Origin: a virus
Lineage: Duplodnaviria; Caudoviricetes
IMG/VR virus record: IMGVR_UViG_2627853856_000004
Span: 1-64,000 of that record
Length of the DNA stretch: 64,000 nucleotides
Reading direction: 5' to 3' (one strand)
The translations under genes were made by a program, and so were the position numbers. Numbering within the stretch: position 1 is the stretch's first letter; every line of letters begins with the position of its first letter. Positions 40,049 to 49,409 of the stretch are shown here, one piece after another. Below the pieces are notes generated by a model that was not told the origin of the DNA, made no database searches, and was given only the letters and a program-made list of their open reading frames with translations.

Positions 40049-42004
40049 TCAGTCCCCCACCGCGCGCAGCCGAGCGCCGCGCAGGAGGTTGTCCAGAAAT
40101 GGCTGTTCAACGCCCGCTTCAACCGGCATTGAAGCGGGCTTCAACGCCGCCGCAGTTTGCCCGCGATGCCGCACAGGACGAACGACGGATGCGGTCGGCG
40201 TGGGAGATGGCTGGCGCGGCTGCGCATATGCCTCTGCGACCTTCTCCGCGACTACGAGATCATGCGCCCGCTCGGCCTCGCGAAATTTGCGACGCCAATC
40301 GGCCTCTTGTTTCGCCCGTCGAGTAGCACCGGCTCGATCGAAGAAACCCGTCGCTTCAATGACGGGCGCTGCACAGACATACTCGCCTGTCGTCCGGTAG
40401 ATGTGGATTTCGCCGTGGAGATTGTCGGGATCGAACCGAACCGTGACCTTCTTGCCGGCGAAATTGTGTAATTCCGGCGTCCAGTAGCGGTTTCCATCGA
40501 GGGTGACGGCTCCATTATGACGGTCGCAACTACGATCCTCGGCGACAAGAAGGGCCAGGCGCATCTGTTCGGCCGTCGCCTTTCCAATCGGCGCGGTTTC
40601 ATAGGAAGCCGAGAAAGCTGCATCGAAGCTCGCGCCGTTCGCTGCCTCGCTTCTACGACCGGCGCGCGCGTTCAGTGCTGCGACGCGACGCCGGACATGC
40701 TCGGCAAATTCGTCGAGCGGAATGGCGCGCTCACGGTAATTTTCCGGCTTCGCATCGGGTTTGTTGCCAGTGTAAGCGCCGGACATCGCGGGATGCTTGG
40801 CGATGTCGTCGCACATATCACGCCAGGCGCGCTCAATCGGCTTCGAAGATCCGCGATACGGCAGCGCCCAATGGATACGAATGCCCAACGCGGTCAGCAC
40901 GCCGGTCGGATCGGTATCCTTGATCTTAAACCTATAGCGGGATTTCGCGCCGCCAGTGATCGCCTTCGATGCGAAGGCGCGCCCATTGTCGAGCACACAT
41001 TCGAGGGGAATGCCCCAGTCGTCAAACAAGTCGGCGAAGGCAAGGCGGGTCAACAACGTGTTTTCGGTCTCACCGATCCGCCACGCCAGCAGCTTGCGGC
41101 TATAGATATCCTGGATGCCGACCATGACCGGCCGACCAACCCGGCCATCGGGCCAGCGAACGAACACATCGAACATATGGCCGTCGATATTGACGGCCTT
41201 CATCGCGTGAAGGTCTTTGACGGTCCGCGATTGCGCCGGGACAGAGCGACGTAGTGCCTCCCGTCCATTCCGCTTCGCGATCTTCAGCGACCGCTCAACC
41301 TCTTTCTCTAGCCGGCGCTGGAGGGTGCGCGGGTGCGGCAGCTCCATGCCACGCGGTGCGGCATAGTCCTCCAAAAGCCTGTAATAGCAGGACGCGAAGG
41401 TCGGCTGCTCAGGCCGAAGATAATCGGACTTGAGTATCTGCCACGCGTTGGCGTCGATCTCGACTTCTTTGCCGCCGCCAACGCGTCGCGGAGCGAGAAA
41501 GGGCAGCCGATCACTGAGCGCAACCGATTTGATCTCGGCGAACCAGTTGTGAATCGTGGCGGGCGAACCGCCCCATCGAACAATAGCCTCGCGGATCGCA
41601 ATCGTTTTGGTTGCGCCGCTTTCAACAGCCCGTTCGATGTCGAGAATGATCGCAAGACGGCGCTCGGCCTCTGCCTTTACGCCTTCCGATTGCCGCGCAA
41701 ACCAGTCCCATGCCTGCTCGACCTGGGGCGCATCGTTGGCAGCATCGGGCATGGAAGAAAGCGCGAGCTTCGTTTCCAGCGCTTGGCGCGCTGGTGCCGG
41801 CAGAAGATCAATGTGATATTCGAGCCCGCCACCGCGCCCCACGCGCTTCCGCGCGAGCGGAAGCCCGTAATCGCCACGGCGGACCGCCCAGCGCTCAACC
41901 GCGGCTAGATCAGATACCTGCCGCTTGTTCCGCGGCAAGCCCGGAAGGCTCAGCTCGGCCAGTTCGGCGGCTGAGAGCCATTCAACGGACGGCGCGGCGC
42001 TCAA
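40049..42004 (-). CDS. MuA-like DDE transposase
   Basis: Mu DNA-binding N-terminus (GRGGGLEYH), NIDGH, LDNGRAF, KPIER, RFDPDNL. Confidence 0.95.
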   Translation of the reverse strand: MSAAPSVEWLSAAELAELSLPGLPRNKRQVSDLAAVERWAVRRGDYGLPLARKRVGRGGGLEYHIDLLPAPARQALETKLALSSMPDAANDAPQVEQAWDWFARQSEGVKAEAERRLAIILDIERAVESGATKTIAIREAIVRWGGSPATIHNWFAEIKSVALSDRLPFLAPRRVGGGKEVEIDANAWQILKSDYLRPEQPTFASCYYRLLEDYAAPRGMELPHPRTLQRRLEKEVERSLKIAKRNGREALRRSVPAQSRTVKDLHAMKAVNIDGHMFDVFVRWPDGRVGRPVMVGIQDIYSRKLLAWRIGETENTLLTRLAFADLFDDWGIPLECVLDNGRAFASKAITGGAKSRYRFKIKDTDPTGVLTALGIRIHWALPYRGSSKPIERAWRDMCDDIAKHPAMSGAYTGNKPDAKPENYRERAIPLDEFAEHVRRRVAALNARAGRRSEAANGASFDAAFSASYETAPIGKATAEQMRLALLVAEDRSCDRHNGAVTLDGNRYWTPELHNFAGKKVTVRFDPDNLHGEIHIYRTTGEYVCAAPVIEATGFFDRAGATRRAKQEADWRRKFREAERAHDLVVAEKVAEAYAQPRQPSPTPTASVVRPVRHRGQTAAALKPASMPVEAGVEQPFLDNLLRGARLRAVGD

Positions 42005-42930
42005 CGCTGCGCCTCCTCGTCGAGCAATCGCCGCAGCTCGGCTTTCATGCCCGGTGTCATGCTCTTGACCAGCTCGACGGTCGCCAGTCGCTTGCGCCTG
42101 AGATCGAGCCGATCCCAGTTCATGAAGAACCGCTGATAAAAGGCGTTCGCTTCGACGGCTTCCGTTCGCGTGGCCTTGCTCGTGCTGATGCCGAGCTGCA
42201 CCATTGCCGCATCCACCGAAGCGAAATCCGGGTCAGCCAGGATGATCTCGATCACCTGGCGTCGGCCATCTTCGCCGACGATGCTGGCGATCTTCGCCAT
42301 GTTCGTGAGCTGCTCGCCGAGCCGGTGAGTGTTCAGGGCTTCGGCAAGGTCAAGAAACGGCTCGGCGATCCTACGATAAATCACGCGATAATGGCGCAAC
42401 GACCGCTCGGAAATTCCCGCCCTCTCGGCGGCAATGGCATCCCATTTTGATGCTACGGCAATCGTGGCCGTAGCATCGTGAGGGAACGCATCGGCGTTCC
42501 AACGGGCTCTGGCACCACGCGTCTGGCGGCTTTCTCCAGCCCGATCGCCGTACTGTTCAGCTTCGGCGATCTTCGCCAGCTCATTCAAAAAAATTGCGCG
42601 CTCAATCGGCCGCAACTCACGGTGATCAATATTCTCCGACAGTTCGAGGCGGCGCAACTCGACAGCGGCAGTGCTGCTGTCCGCAATTTGGATAGCGTCG
42701 ATAGCGCTCAAGCCTGCCAATTCGGCACCGCGTAACCGGTGAAGACCAGCAACGAGCGTCCAGGCCAGCGCGGCACGATTGCCATTGCGGCGAACGTGAA
42801 TGGGATCGTGCTGACCCTCGGCGGCCATGCTGGCCCCGAGCCGCGCTGCGTGATCCGCGTGGTAGAATCCTACGCGCTCACCGACAGCTATGTTGGCAAG
42901 CGGCAATCGCAAGATGGCGCGCGCGGTCAT
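42001..42930 (-). CDS. ParB N-terminal domain protein
   Basis: LVAGLHRL, ELSENI motifs. Confidence 0.8.
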   Translation of the reverse strand: MTARAILRLPLANIAVGERVGFYHADHAARLGASMAAEGQHDPIHVRRNGNRAALAWTLVAGLHRLRGAELAGLSAIDAIQIADSSTAAVELRRLELSENIDHRELRPIERAIFLNELAKIAEAEQYGDRAGESRQTRGARARWNADAFPHDATATIAVASKWDAIAAERAGISERSLRHYRVIYRRIAEPFLDLAEALNTHRLGEQLTNMAKIASIVGEDGRRQVIEIILADPDFASVDAAMVQLGISTSKATRTEAVEANAFYQRFFMNWDRLDLRRKRLATVELVKSMTPGMKAELRRLLDEEAQR

Positions 42931-43433
42931 GGCTGTGCTCGCCAGAACTGATCGAGCGCAATCCAGAACCGATGAATCGACGATTTTGGAGGAACACGCC
43001 CTGGCCCGAACTGAGCAGCAAGCATTTCCTGAAGGCGACGCACCGGCATCTCGCGGTGCCAGCTGATCAACGCCCGGCGCACCTCCTGATCCGGCCAGAA
43101 ATGGGGCTTCTTTACGATGAGATGCCACGCCGCTTCGACAGCCTCGACCCTCCGGCGCGACAGTTGATTAACTGCGCTGGAATCGAGCGACCGGAGCCCC
43201 ATCACGATATATGCGATGTCGGCTCCGGTAGTGGCGATTGCGCGGAGATAGTCTGCATCGGGCGAACGTCGCCCGGCCTCATATGCGAGCTGCGAATTAA
43301 GGCTCTGACCGCCCAGCGCGGCTAAAGCGACCGGTGCAAAGCCCAGACGCTCGCGCTCCAGACGCAGCCGATCGCCTCCCGCCCGTCGGGCCTCAACCAT
43401 TCTGGCCGCATGGCTCGCCCCCGCGCTCGCCAT
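42927..43433 (-). CDS. XRE HTH protein
   Basis: GDRLRLERERLG...YEAGRRSPDADYL. Confidence 0.75.
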   Translation of the reverse strand: MASAGASHAARMVEARRAGGDRLRLERERLGFAPVALAALGGQSLNSQLAYEAGRRSPDADYLRAIATTGADIAYIVMGLRSLDSSAVNQLSRRRVEAVEAAWHLIVKKPHFWPDQEVRRALISWHREMPVRRLQEMLAAQFGPGRVPPKSSIHRFWIALDQFWRAQP

Positions 43434-43678
43434 TAGTTCGCCTTTGCGATCCGCATGGCTTCCGACAACGGCGTGTTGTCGGCGACAATTATTCCGTCCT
43501 TGAGGCCGAGAATGACCGCGACTTTATGCGCATCCCCGCGTGCACCCTTCAGCTTGCCCGAAAGAACGCCACGCACGACCGGAACCGGCACGTCGAGCTC
43601 TCCGGCTACATCTACGGCAGTCTTTCCAATTCGCGCCAAACGGTCGCGAACCTCTTCCACTTGGAGTAAACTTGCCAT
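43433..43678 (-). CDS. Ner/Cro-like DNA-binding protein (BcepMu gp16-like)
   Basis: VLSGKLKGARGDAHKVAVILGLK, divergent from the repressor. Confidence 0.8.
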   Translation of the reverse strand: MASLLQVEEVRDRLARIGKTAVDVAGELDVPVPVVRGVLSGKLKGARGDAHKVAVILGLKDGIIVADNTPLSEAMRIAKAN

Positions 43679-43755
43679 AACGTAACTGCTCCATGGTTCG
43701 GATATCAGCACTATGGTGGCGAAATCAGAACCATGCAAGCGAAAGTGAGCAAACA

Positions 43756-44421
43756 TTGTCTATTGGGGCGCGTCTGAAGGCAGAGCGATTGAGGCTTGGG
43801 CTCAGCCAGACCTATTTTGCTCAGATAGCCGGTGCATCAAAGAGTGCTCAGATTAGCTGGGAGAAGGATGAATCGTCGCCTACCGCGAAGGCATTGGTGT
43901 CGTTTCGCGAGGTGGGGGCCGACATCCCGTTTATATTATTTGGCGAACGCCGATCGGGGCAATCGGCGGAAGTCGATTCGCATTATGCAGCCAAGGTTCA
44001 CGAACTAAAGGACCAAGTCGTCAATCCTGGCAAATATATGGCCGATGATGCGCTATCGCAGGCCGCCTCTTTCCACATTGTCCAGCGAGCTGCGGACGCC
44101 CTGGGACGCATAGCAACTTCGACCGACCCGCTAATCAGCGATCAAACCAAAGCGCTGGCTGACGATATCCTCCGCATTCATTGTAATGACGCAGCTGCGG
44201 CAGAGCGGCGGTCTGCCCGGTATGCAGCTGTCGTCGCAGATCGTAATCGTGCGGAGCACGATCTCCGGGATGCGCTAGGAGGCGTTGGGCTGAAAATTGG
44301 TCCTGACTTAAATCAAGCCTTACTGACGTTAATCGTGGATTATCGGATTGATGCTCGGGAGATACTTGGCCTTCTTCAAGCGTTGAAACTAGAATTAAAG
44401 GCTAACGCCGATGCTGCCTGA
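43756..44421 (+). CDS. XRE repressor of the Mu-type element
   Basis: SIGARLKAERLRLGLSQ...WEKDESSP; start uncertain. Confidence 0.8.
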   Translation: MSIGARLKAERLRLGLSQTYFAQIAGASKSAQISWEKDESSPTAKALVSFREVGADIPFILFGERRSGQSAEVDSHYAAKVHELKDQVVNPGKYMADDALSQAASFHIVQRAADALGRIATSTDPLISDQTKALADDILRIHCNDAAAAERRSARYAAVVADRNRAEHDLRDALGGVGLKIGPDLNQALLTLIVDYRIDAREILGLLQALKLELKANADAA

Positions 44422-44788
44422 TGGTGTCACCTTGGCCGACATTGCTGCCGATCTTAGTAAGCCCGAACGGTATGTCCGGCTTGCCCTCGCGAACATGCTT
44501 GCCGCCGAGAAGGAGCATGGCCCGCTTGCTCTCCGCATTGGGAAAATGGGTACGGGGCAAATACCCCACTATCGGCTCGATACCGTCAGCGAAATCGAAT
44601 TACTCGATGCGTCGCTCACTCATCATTTCCCGGTGCAATCCTTTAACGGTCGAAACCATTTGGCGTTGGTTACCGAAGGTGAGGAGTCGGATATCCTCCG
44701 CGAAGAGCATTGGAGCCAAGGCAAAATGACCTGCTTAGAGCTTGCTGAATTGCTTGGTCAGATCCGAGCCAAGGGGAGACGAAGATAG
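44411..44788 (+). CDS. Hypothetical cargo protein
   Basis: Overlaps the repressor stop; 125 aa. Confidence 0.6.
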   Translation: MLPDGVTLADIAADLSKPERYVRLALANMLAAEKEHGPLALRIGKMGTGQIPHYRLDTVSEIELLDASLTHHFPVQSFNGRNHLALVTEGEESDILREEHWSQGKMTCLELAELLGQIRAKGRRR

Positions 44789-44906
44789 AAACCGTTGCGA
44801 TCTGGCGTTCATCCGCTATATTATTTTGGTCATTCGGCAGCTCCGCCGCGTCGATCTAATTTGGCCTGGGATGACACGGGCCCGAAGAAAGACGAAATAG
44901 GCAAAT

Positions 44907-44934
44907 CAGGCCCCGCTTTGGCGGGGCCTTTTTA
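44907..44934 (+). terminator. Rho-independent terminator
   Basis: AGGCCCCGC-TTTG-GCGGGGCCT-TTTT. Confidence 0.75.
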
Positions 44935-45014
44935 TTCGGATATTCTCAATCAACCCGTTAAGCTATCGCGTGCCGGTCTGACAGCCGCGCGAGACGATTT
45001 GAACGAGGTGAGAG

Positions 45015-45317
45015 ATGCGCGAGACAAAAGAACACCGAAGCGATGGCGATCTGCTGAGCGACGCAACGGCTCGCCTACATCACGCGACTGGCGGACTCAA
45101 TTTTCACTTGGAGATGTTTGGTAACGAGTTGGCTAAGCGCGAGGGTTATCGCGAGTACAAGGCCATGGACGCCATTCATTTTTACCTGATGACCAAGCAT
45201 GGTTGGCTACCGCGTGATATCCGATCGATGTCATTCGACGATTTGCGCTTCGCCCTAGGCGAGGAAATGGCTGGCTGGACGCTTCCGCACAACCTGCGCA
45301 ATAGTTATCCGGGATAA
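45015..45317 (+). CDS. Hypothetical cargo protein
   Basis: RBS GAGGTG; 100 aa. Confidence 0.65.
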   Translation: MRETKEHRSDGDLLSDATARLHHATGGLNFHLEMFGNELAKREGYREYKAMDAIHFYLMTKHGWLPRDIRSMSFDDLRFALGEEMAGWTLPHNLRNSYPG

Positions 45318-45669
45318 ATCTAAAACAGCGCCAGCGACCGCGAGGCGTTCAGGTCGCTGGCGGACAATCTGCGGCCGACCGTCTTCGTGGCTTGCCGTTG
45401 CCGCTGATTGGCAGAAATTCCCTCCCAGTTTCGCTAATGCCCGACCGTGCTGCATCGTGGCTACGCTCGCGGCAGAACGTTTATTACGTTGGGTTTTAAA
45501 GATTTCCCGCCGCCCAGCTCACCGCATTTCGGTTCAGCCAAGTTAATTATAGGATTCTGGAGAGCTGGAAGCCAAAAGCCGGTCGTTGAAAGCCAGTTGA
45601 AAGCGCAGTTTTCCGCCATTAAGAGGTCTTTCAAAGGTCGCGGGCGGCAAGCCTCTTAGAACGCGCAAA

Positions 45670-45865
45670 CTCCAGCTTCTCTTGTCAAAATCGCGCGGAT
45701 TCTGCCTTTGACTCCAGACACAGCATTTAACGGCAGATTTTGCCGGTAGTGCCGTACAGGATGCCTGATATGCCCGAATTACGGGGCGATTTTCGCCGAC
45801 CCAGTTTGACCCCGCATACCCCGGCATGCCCCGGATTAGAGTCTAGATTCTCTTGTCATCTCACA
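45670..45865 (-). repeat. Element end with two spaced transposase sites
   Basis: Reverse complements GACAAGAGAATCTAGAC (45841..45857) and GACAAGAGAAGCTGGAG (45670..45686); terminal CA. Confidence 0.8.
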
Positions 45866-46569
45866 GCGGACGCCGGCGTGCCGCCGGCGGCGCCGGTTTG
45901 TTTGGCGAGCGCACCGCCTGCGGCGGCCGCCTTCGGCTTGCGCTCGCGCAGGGCTTGGACGAGCGCTGCCGGCGCATCGACGGGGTCGATATCATGCTGC
46001 CCGCCCCGCCAGCGATAGCGGCCCTCGCTGCCATCCTCGCGATACAGCACGGACGGGGGCGCGACGATGTAGCCGCCCTTTCCGCGCACATCGACATGCC
46101 GCGGCAAATTGCCCCGGTTGATGATCGGGTCGCCTTCGGGCTGCCGATAGATGACATGCACCCCGTCAGACTGGGTTATTGAGGTGAGCGATACGGGCAG
46201 TTCGCAGCCGATCTGCTCTTCGGTCGCCGCCTTCAGGCTGATCAGGTCGAATATCTCGCCGGTCGACTCATCGACGCGCGGATCGAAGTCGAGCGCGAAC
46301 CACTTATTGCCGCCCATCGCCAGGCCGATCATCGCCTGCGGATGCTGGCGCCACCAGGCGCGAATGCGCCCCTCATCGGTGGTCGCGTCGTTACAGCCTT
46401 TCCCGGTATAGGGCGACTTGGCCTTGTACAGCTTCGGCTTCGGCCCATCGGCGGTCTGCACCGTCAGCGTCTCGTCGCGCTCACGGCATGGGAACACCTT
46501 CCATCCCCGCCGCGCATAACGCAGCGCCGCCGTACACATCGGCGACGGCAGCTGCTCCACAACACCCAT
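45856..46569 (-). pseudogene. N-terminal part of the split gene: bifunctional primase-polymerase (Prim-Pol) domain
   Basis: ALRYARRGWKVFPC, ATTDE...WW, LDFD, HVIY, DVRGKGGYIVAPPS; stop codon supplied by the element end. Confidence 0.9.
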
Positions 46570-46655
46570 CGAAAACACCCCGCCCCTTGAGATACGCTGC
46601 AATCAGGCCGTCTTTCCGGCTGTCACGCCCCTGCGCGGGCGTTGGCGGCAATCGG

Positions 46656-47084
46656 CTAGAAGGGCACGTCGTCGTCATCGTCACCCGCTAAGGCCGCCGC
46701 TGCGGCCCGCTCGGTCCGCGCCAGGCGGTCGCGTTCCCACTCTTCAGCCAGCAGGCGATGTTGATCGGTGGCATGCGCGGCGAGGTCGTAACCGTCTTCG
46801 ATCGCCAATCTGAACTGTTCCTGATGTCGATAGATATCGGTGCAGGCCGCGTTGAGCGGCCCTTTGCCGCAGTCCATGCCGGCGAGGCGTTCGTCGATCG
46901 GGTCACGATATTTCGCCGGCAACGTGCGCACGTCGAGATGGCTGGCCGGATCACTATCTTCCCGGTTGGCGGCGGCATCCAGCGCATACCAATAGGTCAT
47001 CGGGAACGCTTGTTTATAAATATGGTAGATGCGCCGACCGCCGCACATCAGCCAGCCGTCGCGCCCCTTTTTGCTCTCATTCAT
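46656..47084 (-). CDS. Hypothetical protein with SSB-like acidic tail
   Basis: Ends DDDDDVPF. Confidence 0.6.
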   Translation of the reverse strand: MNESKKGRDGWLMCGGRRIYHIYKQAFPMTYWYALDAAANREDSDPASHLDVRTLPAKYRDPIDERLAGMDCGKGPLNAACTDIYRHQEQFRLAIEDGYDLAAHATDQHRLLAEEWERDRLARTERAAAAALAGDDDDDVPF

Positions 47085-47110
47085 GCTGGTAGTCTCCGCT
47101 CGGCTGTAGC

Positions 47111-47602
47111 TTAGAAGGGAACGTCGTCGTCGAGATCGCCGCCGGCAAAAGGATCGGCCTTGCTGCCACCGCCGGCATCGTTGCCCCAGCCGCCGCCTTG
47201 CCCCCCGCCGGCCGCGCCGTTGCCGGAATCCGATCGGCCCCCACCCGCCTGAGCGCCATCGAGCATCACCAGCACGGCGTTGAAGCCCTGCAGGACGATC
47301 TCGGTCGAATATTTCTCGACGCCGGCGTTGTCGGTCCATTTGCGGGTCGCGAGCTGGCCTTCGAGATAGACCTTGCTCCCCTTGCGCAGATAGCGCTCGG
47401 CGACGTTCGCCAGCCCCTCGCTGAAGATCGCGACGCGGTGCCATTCGACCTTGTCCCGCCGCTCGCCGCTGCCCTTGTCCTTCCACTGTTCGGACGTGGC
47501 GACGGTCAGGTTGACCACCTTGCCGCCATTCTGAAAGGACCGGCTTTCCGGATCGCGGCCGAGGTTGCCGAGCAAGATCACCTTGTTGACGCTGCCGGCC
47601 AT
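47111..47602 (-). CDS. ssb: Single-stranded DNA-binding protein
   Basis: [19 protein letters not shown]...EWHRV...DDDVPF. Confidence 0.95.
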   Translation of the reverse strand: MAGSVNKVILLGNLGRDPESRSFQNGGKVVNLTVATSEQWKDKGSGERRDKVEWHRVAIFSEGLANVAERYLRKGSKVYLEGQLATRKWTDNAGVEKYSTEIVLQGFNAVLVMLDGAQAGGGRSDSGNGAAGGGQGGGWGNDAGGGSKADPFAGGDLDDDVPF

Positions 47603-47958
47603 TAAGCCGCCCTCGCCGCGACGTGCGGGCAAGCGCCAGAGATGCAGGAGCCGTGCCTGCGCGCGTCCCGAACCATTTCTGCATGGCAGGAGCAGCTTGC
47701 TACTGCCGCCTTCGCGTGGTCGACCGGAACGAGCTGAAGCATCGGCCCGAGAAAGTCCCAGCCGTGAGCGTAAATTTCATCGGGCAGGCAATCGATCGCC
47801 ACGATTAGATCGTGATCGAGTATTTCCCGCGTATCACCCGGCCGCCAATCGTCGAGCAATCGCGCGCTATCGAAATGAGATAGCAAGGCATCGACGCGGC
47901 GCGTCGGCCCCGGAGCGATGCCGTCTATCGTGGCTTGGCCGTAAAGTATGGTTATCAT
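47602..47958 (-). CDS. Hypothetical protein
   Basis: Coupled start/stop in the operon. Confidence 0.5.
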   Translation of the reverse strand: MITILYGQATIDGIAPGPTRRVDALLSHFDSARLLDDWRPGDTREILDHDLIVAIDCLPDEIYAHGWDFLGPMLQLVPVDHAKAAVASCSCHAEMVRDARRHGSCISGACPHVAARAA

Positions 47959-48665
47959 GACTCACCTCCCATTGCCGCCAGCAGCGGCGCCTCACCCTTC
48001 GCCCCGAACCGAGCGGCATCGCTCGCCCGCGTCAGGCGTTTCTTCGTCCCGGCCGCGATCGGCCGGATTGGCATCGGATCGGCGCCCTTGCGCCATAGGA
48101 AGACGGCATAGGCGGTCGCGGTGCCGCCCTTCGGCTCCCACCGCCCCAGGTGCATCGGCACGCGTTCGATGAACGGCGCCAACAGTGTCATGGGCTGGGC
48201 TCCATAGAGCAGCTCGAAGCGACCCTCCGTTTCGAGGAATTGCAGGCGCAGCAGCATCGCCACGCCCCGCCGCGCGCGCTGCAGGCCCAGCTCGATGAAC
48301 TCGGCCGCCGTGGCGAAGGGCGGATTGGTCGCTATCCAGTCGGGCGCGTAACCGGCGAACGGCTCCCTCGTATCGAGGAAGTCGATCGTCACGCCATGGC
48401 CGTGCGGATAAACATCGCTCGCGAACACGTCGGCGAAATAGTCGCGGAACGGCTCGGCCATATGGCCCTGTCCGCACGCCGGCTCCCACACGGTCCGCGC
48501 CTCGGGATCGAGCAGCAGGATCGCCTCCGCCATCGCCCGCGCAGCCCAGGGCGGCGTCGGCAGGAAGTTGAGCTGGCGATAGATCGCGGTCTGCGGATCG
48601 TCTCCCTCGACCTCGGCGGGGGCATGCGCCGCCATGACGGCGGTGGACATCGCCGGACCGGTCAT
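47955..48665 (-). CDS. SAM-dependent amino-methyltransferase
   Basis: PTPPW, WEPACGQG, TNPPF. Confidence 0.8.
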   Translation of the reverse strand: MTGPAMSTAVMAAHAPAEVEGDDPQTAIYRQLNFLPTPPWAARAMAEAILLLDPEARTVWEPACGQGHMAEPFRDYFADVFASDVYPHGHGVTIDFLDTREPFAGYAPDWIATNPPFATAAEFIELGLQRARRGVAMLLRLQFLETEGRFELLYGAQPMTLLAPFIERVPMHLGRWEPKGGTATAYAVFLWRKGADPMPIRPIAAGTKKRLTRASDAARFGAKGEAPLLAAMGGES

Positions 48666-49063
48666 GCCGCAGTCCCATTCGCCACGATGCCGATGATATC
48701 TGCATGGCAGGGCGCGCAATGGTCGCACTTCTCACGGAAGGGCTTACCGGCGGCATGCTTATCGCACAGCTTGCACCAGCAGCCGAGATCACGCCCGCGC
48801 AGCGGCTCGAGGAAATCGGGATTCAGCGTAACCAGCGCCATTAGCTGGCCGACGAACATATCCAGGCAACGGTCAAGACTGGCCGGCGTGCGCAGCCGCA
48901 CGCACGGCATGGGATAGCCGCGATGGCCGAACGCCTGCATATGCTGGGTAGCGTTGAACATATTGCCATAGGCAGTCGACCGGTCGACCTTGCGGGCGGT
49001 CGGCGGCATACGCCAGCCTTTCGCGCGCGACAGTTGGATGCGGACAGGCTCAACCATGGACAT
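48662..49063 (-). CDS. DUF4326 protein
   Basis: RIQLSRAKGWRMP, LRGRDLGCWC, CHAD. Confidence 0.8.
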   Translation of the reverse strand: MSMVEPVRIQLSRAKGWRMPPTARKVDRSTAYGNMFNATQHMQAFGHRGYPMPCVRLRTPASLDRCLDMFVGQLMALVTLNPDFLEPLRGRDLGCWCKLCDKHAAGKPFREKCDHCAPCHADIIGIVANGTAA

Positions 49064-49409
49064 GCGCCTCAACCATCTGCGCGACATGCGCGGGCACATC
49101 GAAGAAGCCGAGCTTGCCGGGGCAGGGGATCAGCTCGATCGGCCGCGCATTGCGCAGCACGAAGCCATATTTCCCATGGAACCACCGGCTATCCGATGCC
49201 GACACGCAATCGACGATCTCGACCATGCCGACGATGCCGCCCAGCGGCAGCTGATGCTCGCGGATGAACTCGCGGTCCTCTTCGAGCGACAGGCTCGCGT
49301 GGATCAGCACGGCGCCCCGATAGTTCGTGCGCCAGTCGCGGTTTTCCACATCCTTCCCGTCGTGCAGGATGTGGTGGCACCATGGCTGCCGAATGCTCAG
49401 CGCCTTCAT
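49050..49409 (-). CDS. ASCH domain protein
   Basis: ALSIRQPW...GKDVENR...LIHAS. Confidence 0.88.
   Translation of the reverse strand: MKALSIRQPWCHHILHDGKDVENRDWRTNYRGAVLIHASLSLEEDREFIREHQLPLGGIVGMVEIVDCVSASDSRWFHGKYGFVLRNARPIELIPCPGKLGFFDVPAHVAQMVEAHVHG

Larger units (their letters stand above)
31195..45865 (-). mobile_element. Mu-type transposable element (mini-Mu / candidate satellite), 14,671 bp
   Basis: TG...CA termini, GCGGA duplication at 31190..31194 and 45866..45870, MuA/MuB/GemA/Mor genes. Confidence 0.93.

Noticed and set aside
44795-45124. 109-aa ORF in the element cargo region
   Set aside because: Crosses a clear terminator and overlaps the better-supported 45015..45317 gene
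31195-45865. Complete Mu-like prophage, or a self-splicing intron/intein in the primase
   Set aside because: No head, portal, terminase or tail tube genes; a DDE transposase with target duplication, not splicing motifs, explains the interruption
46656-47684. 342-aa ORF spanning ssb
   Set aside because: The upstream part is an off-frame overlap of ssb; the likely start is 47084
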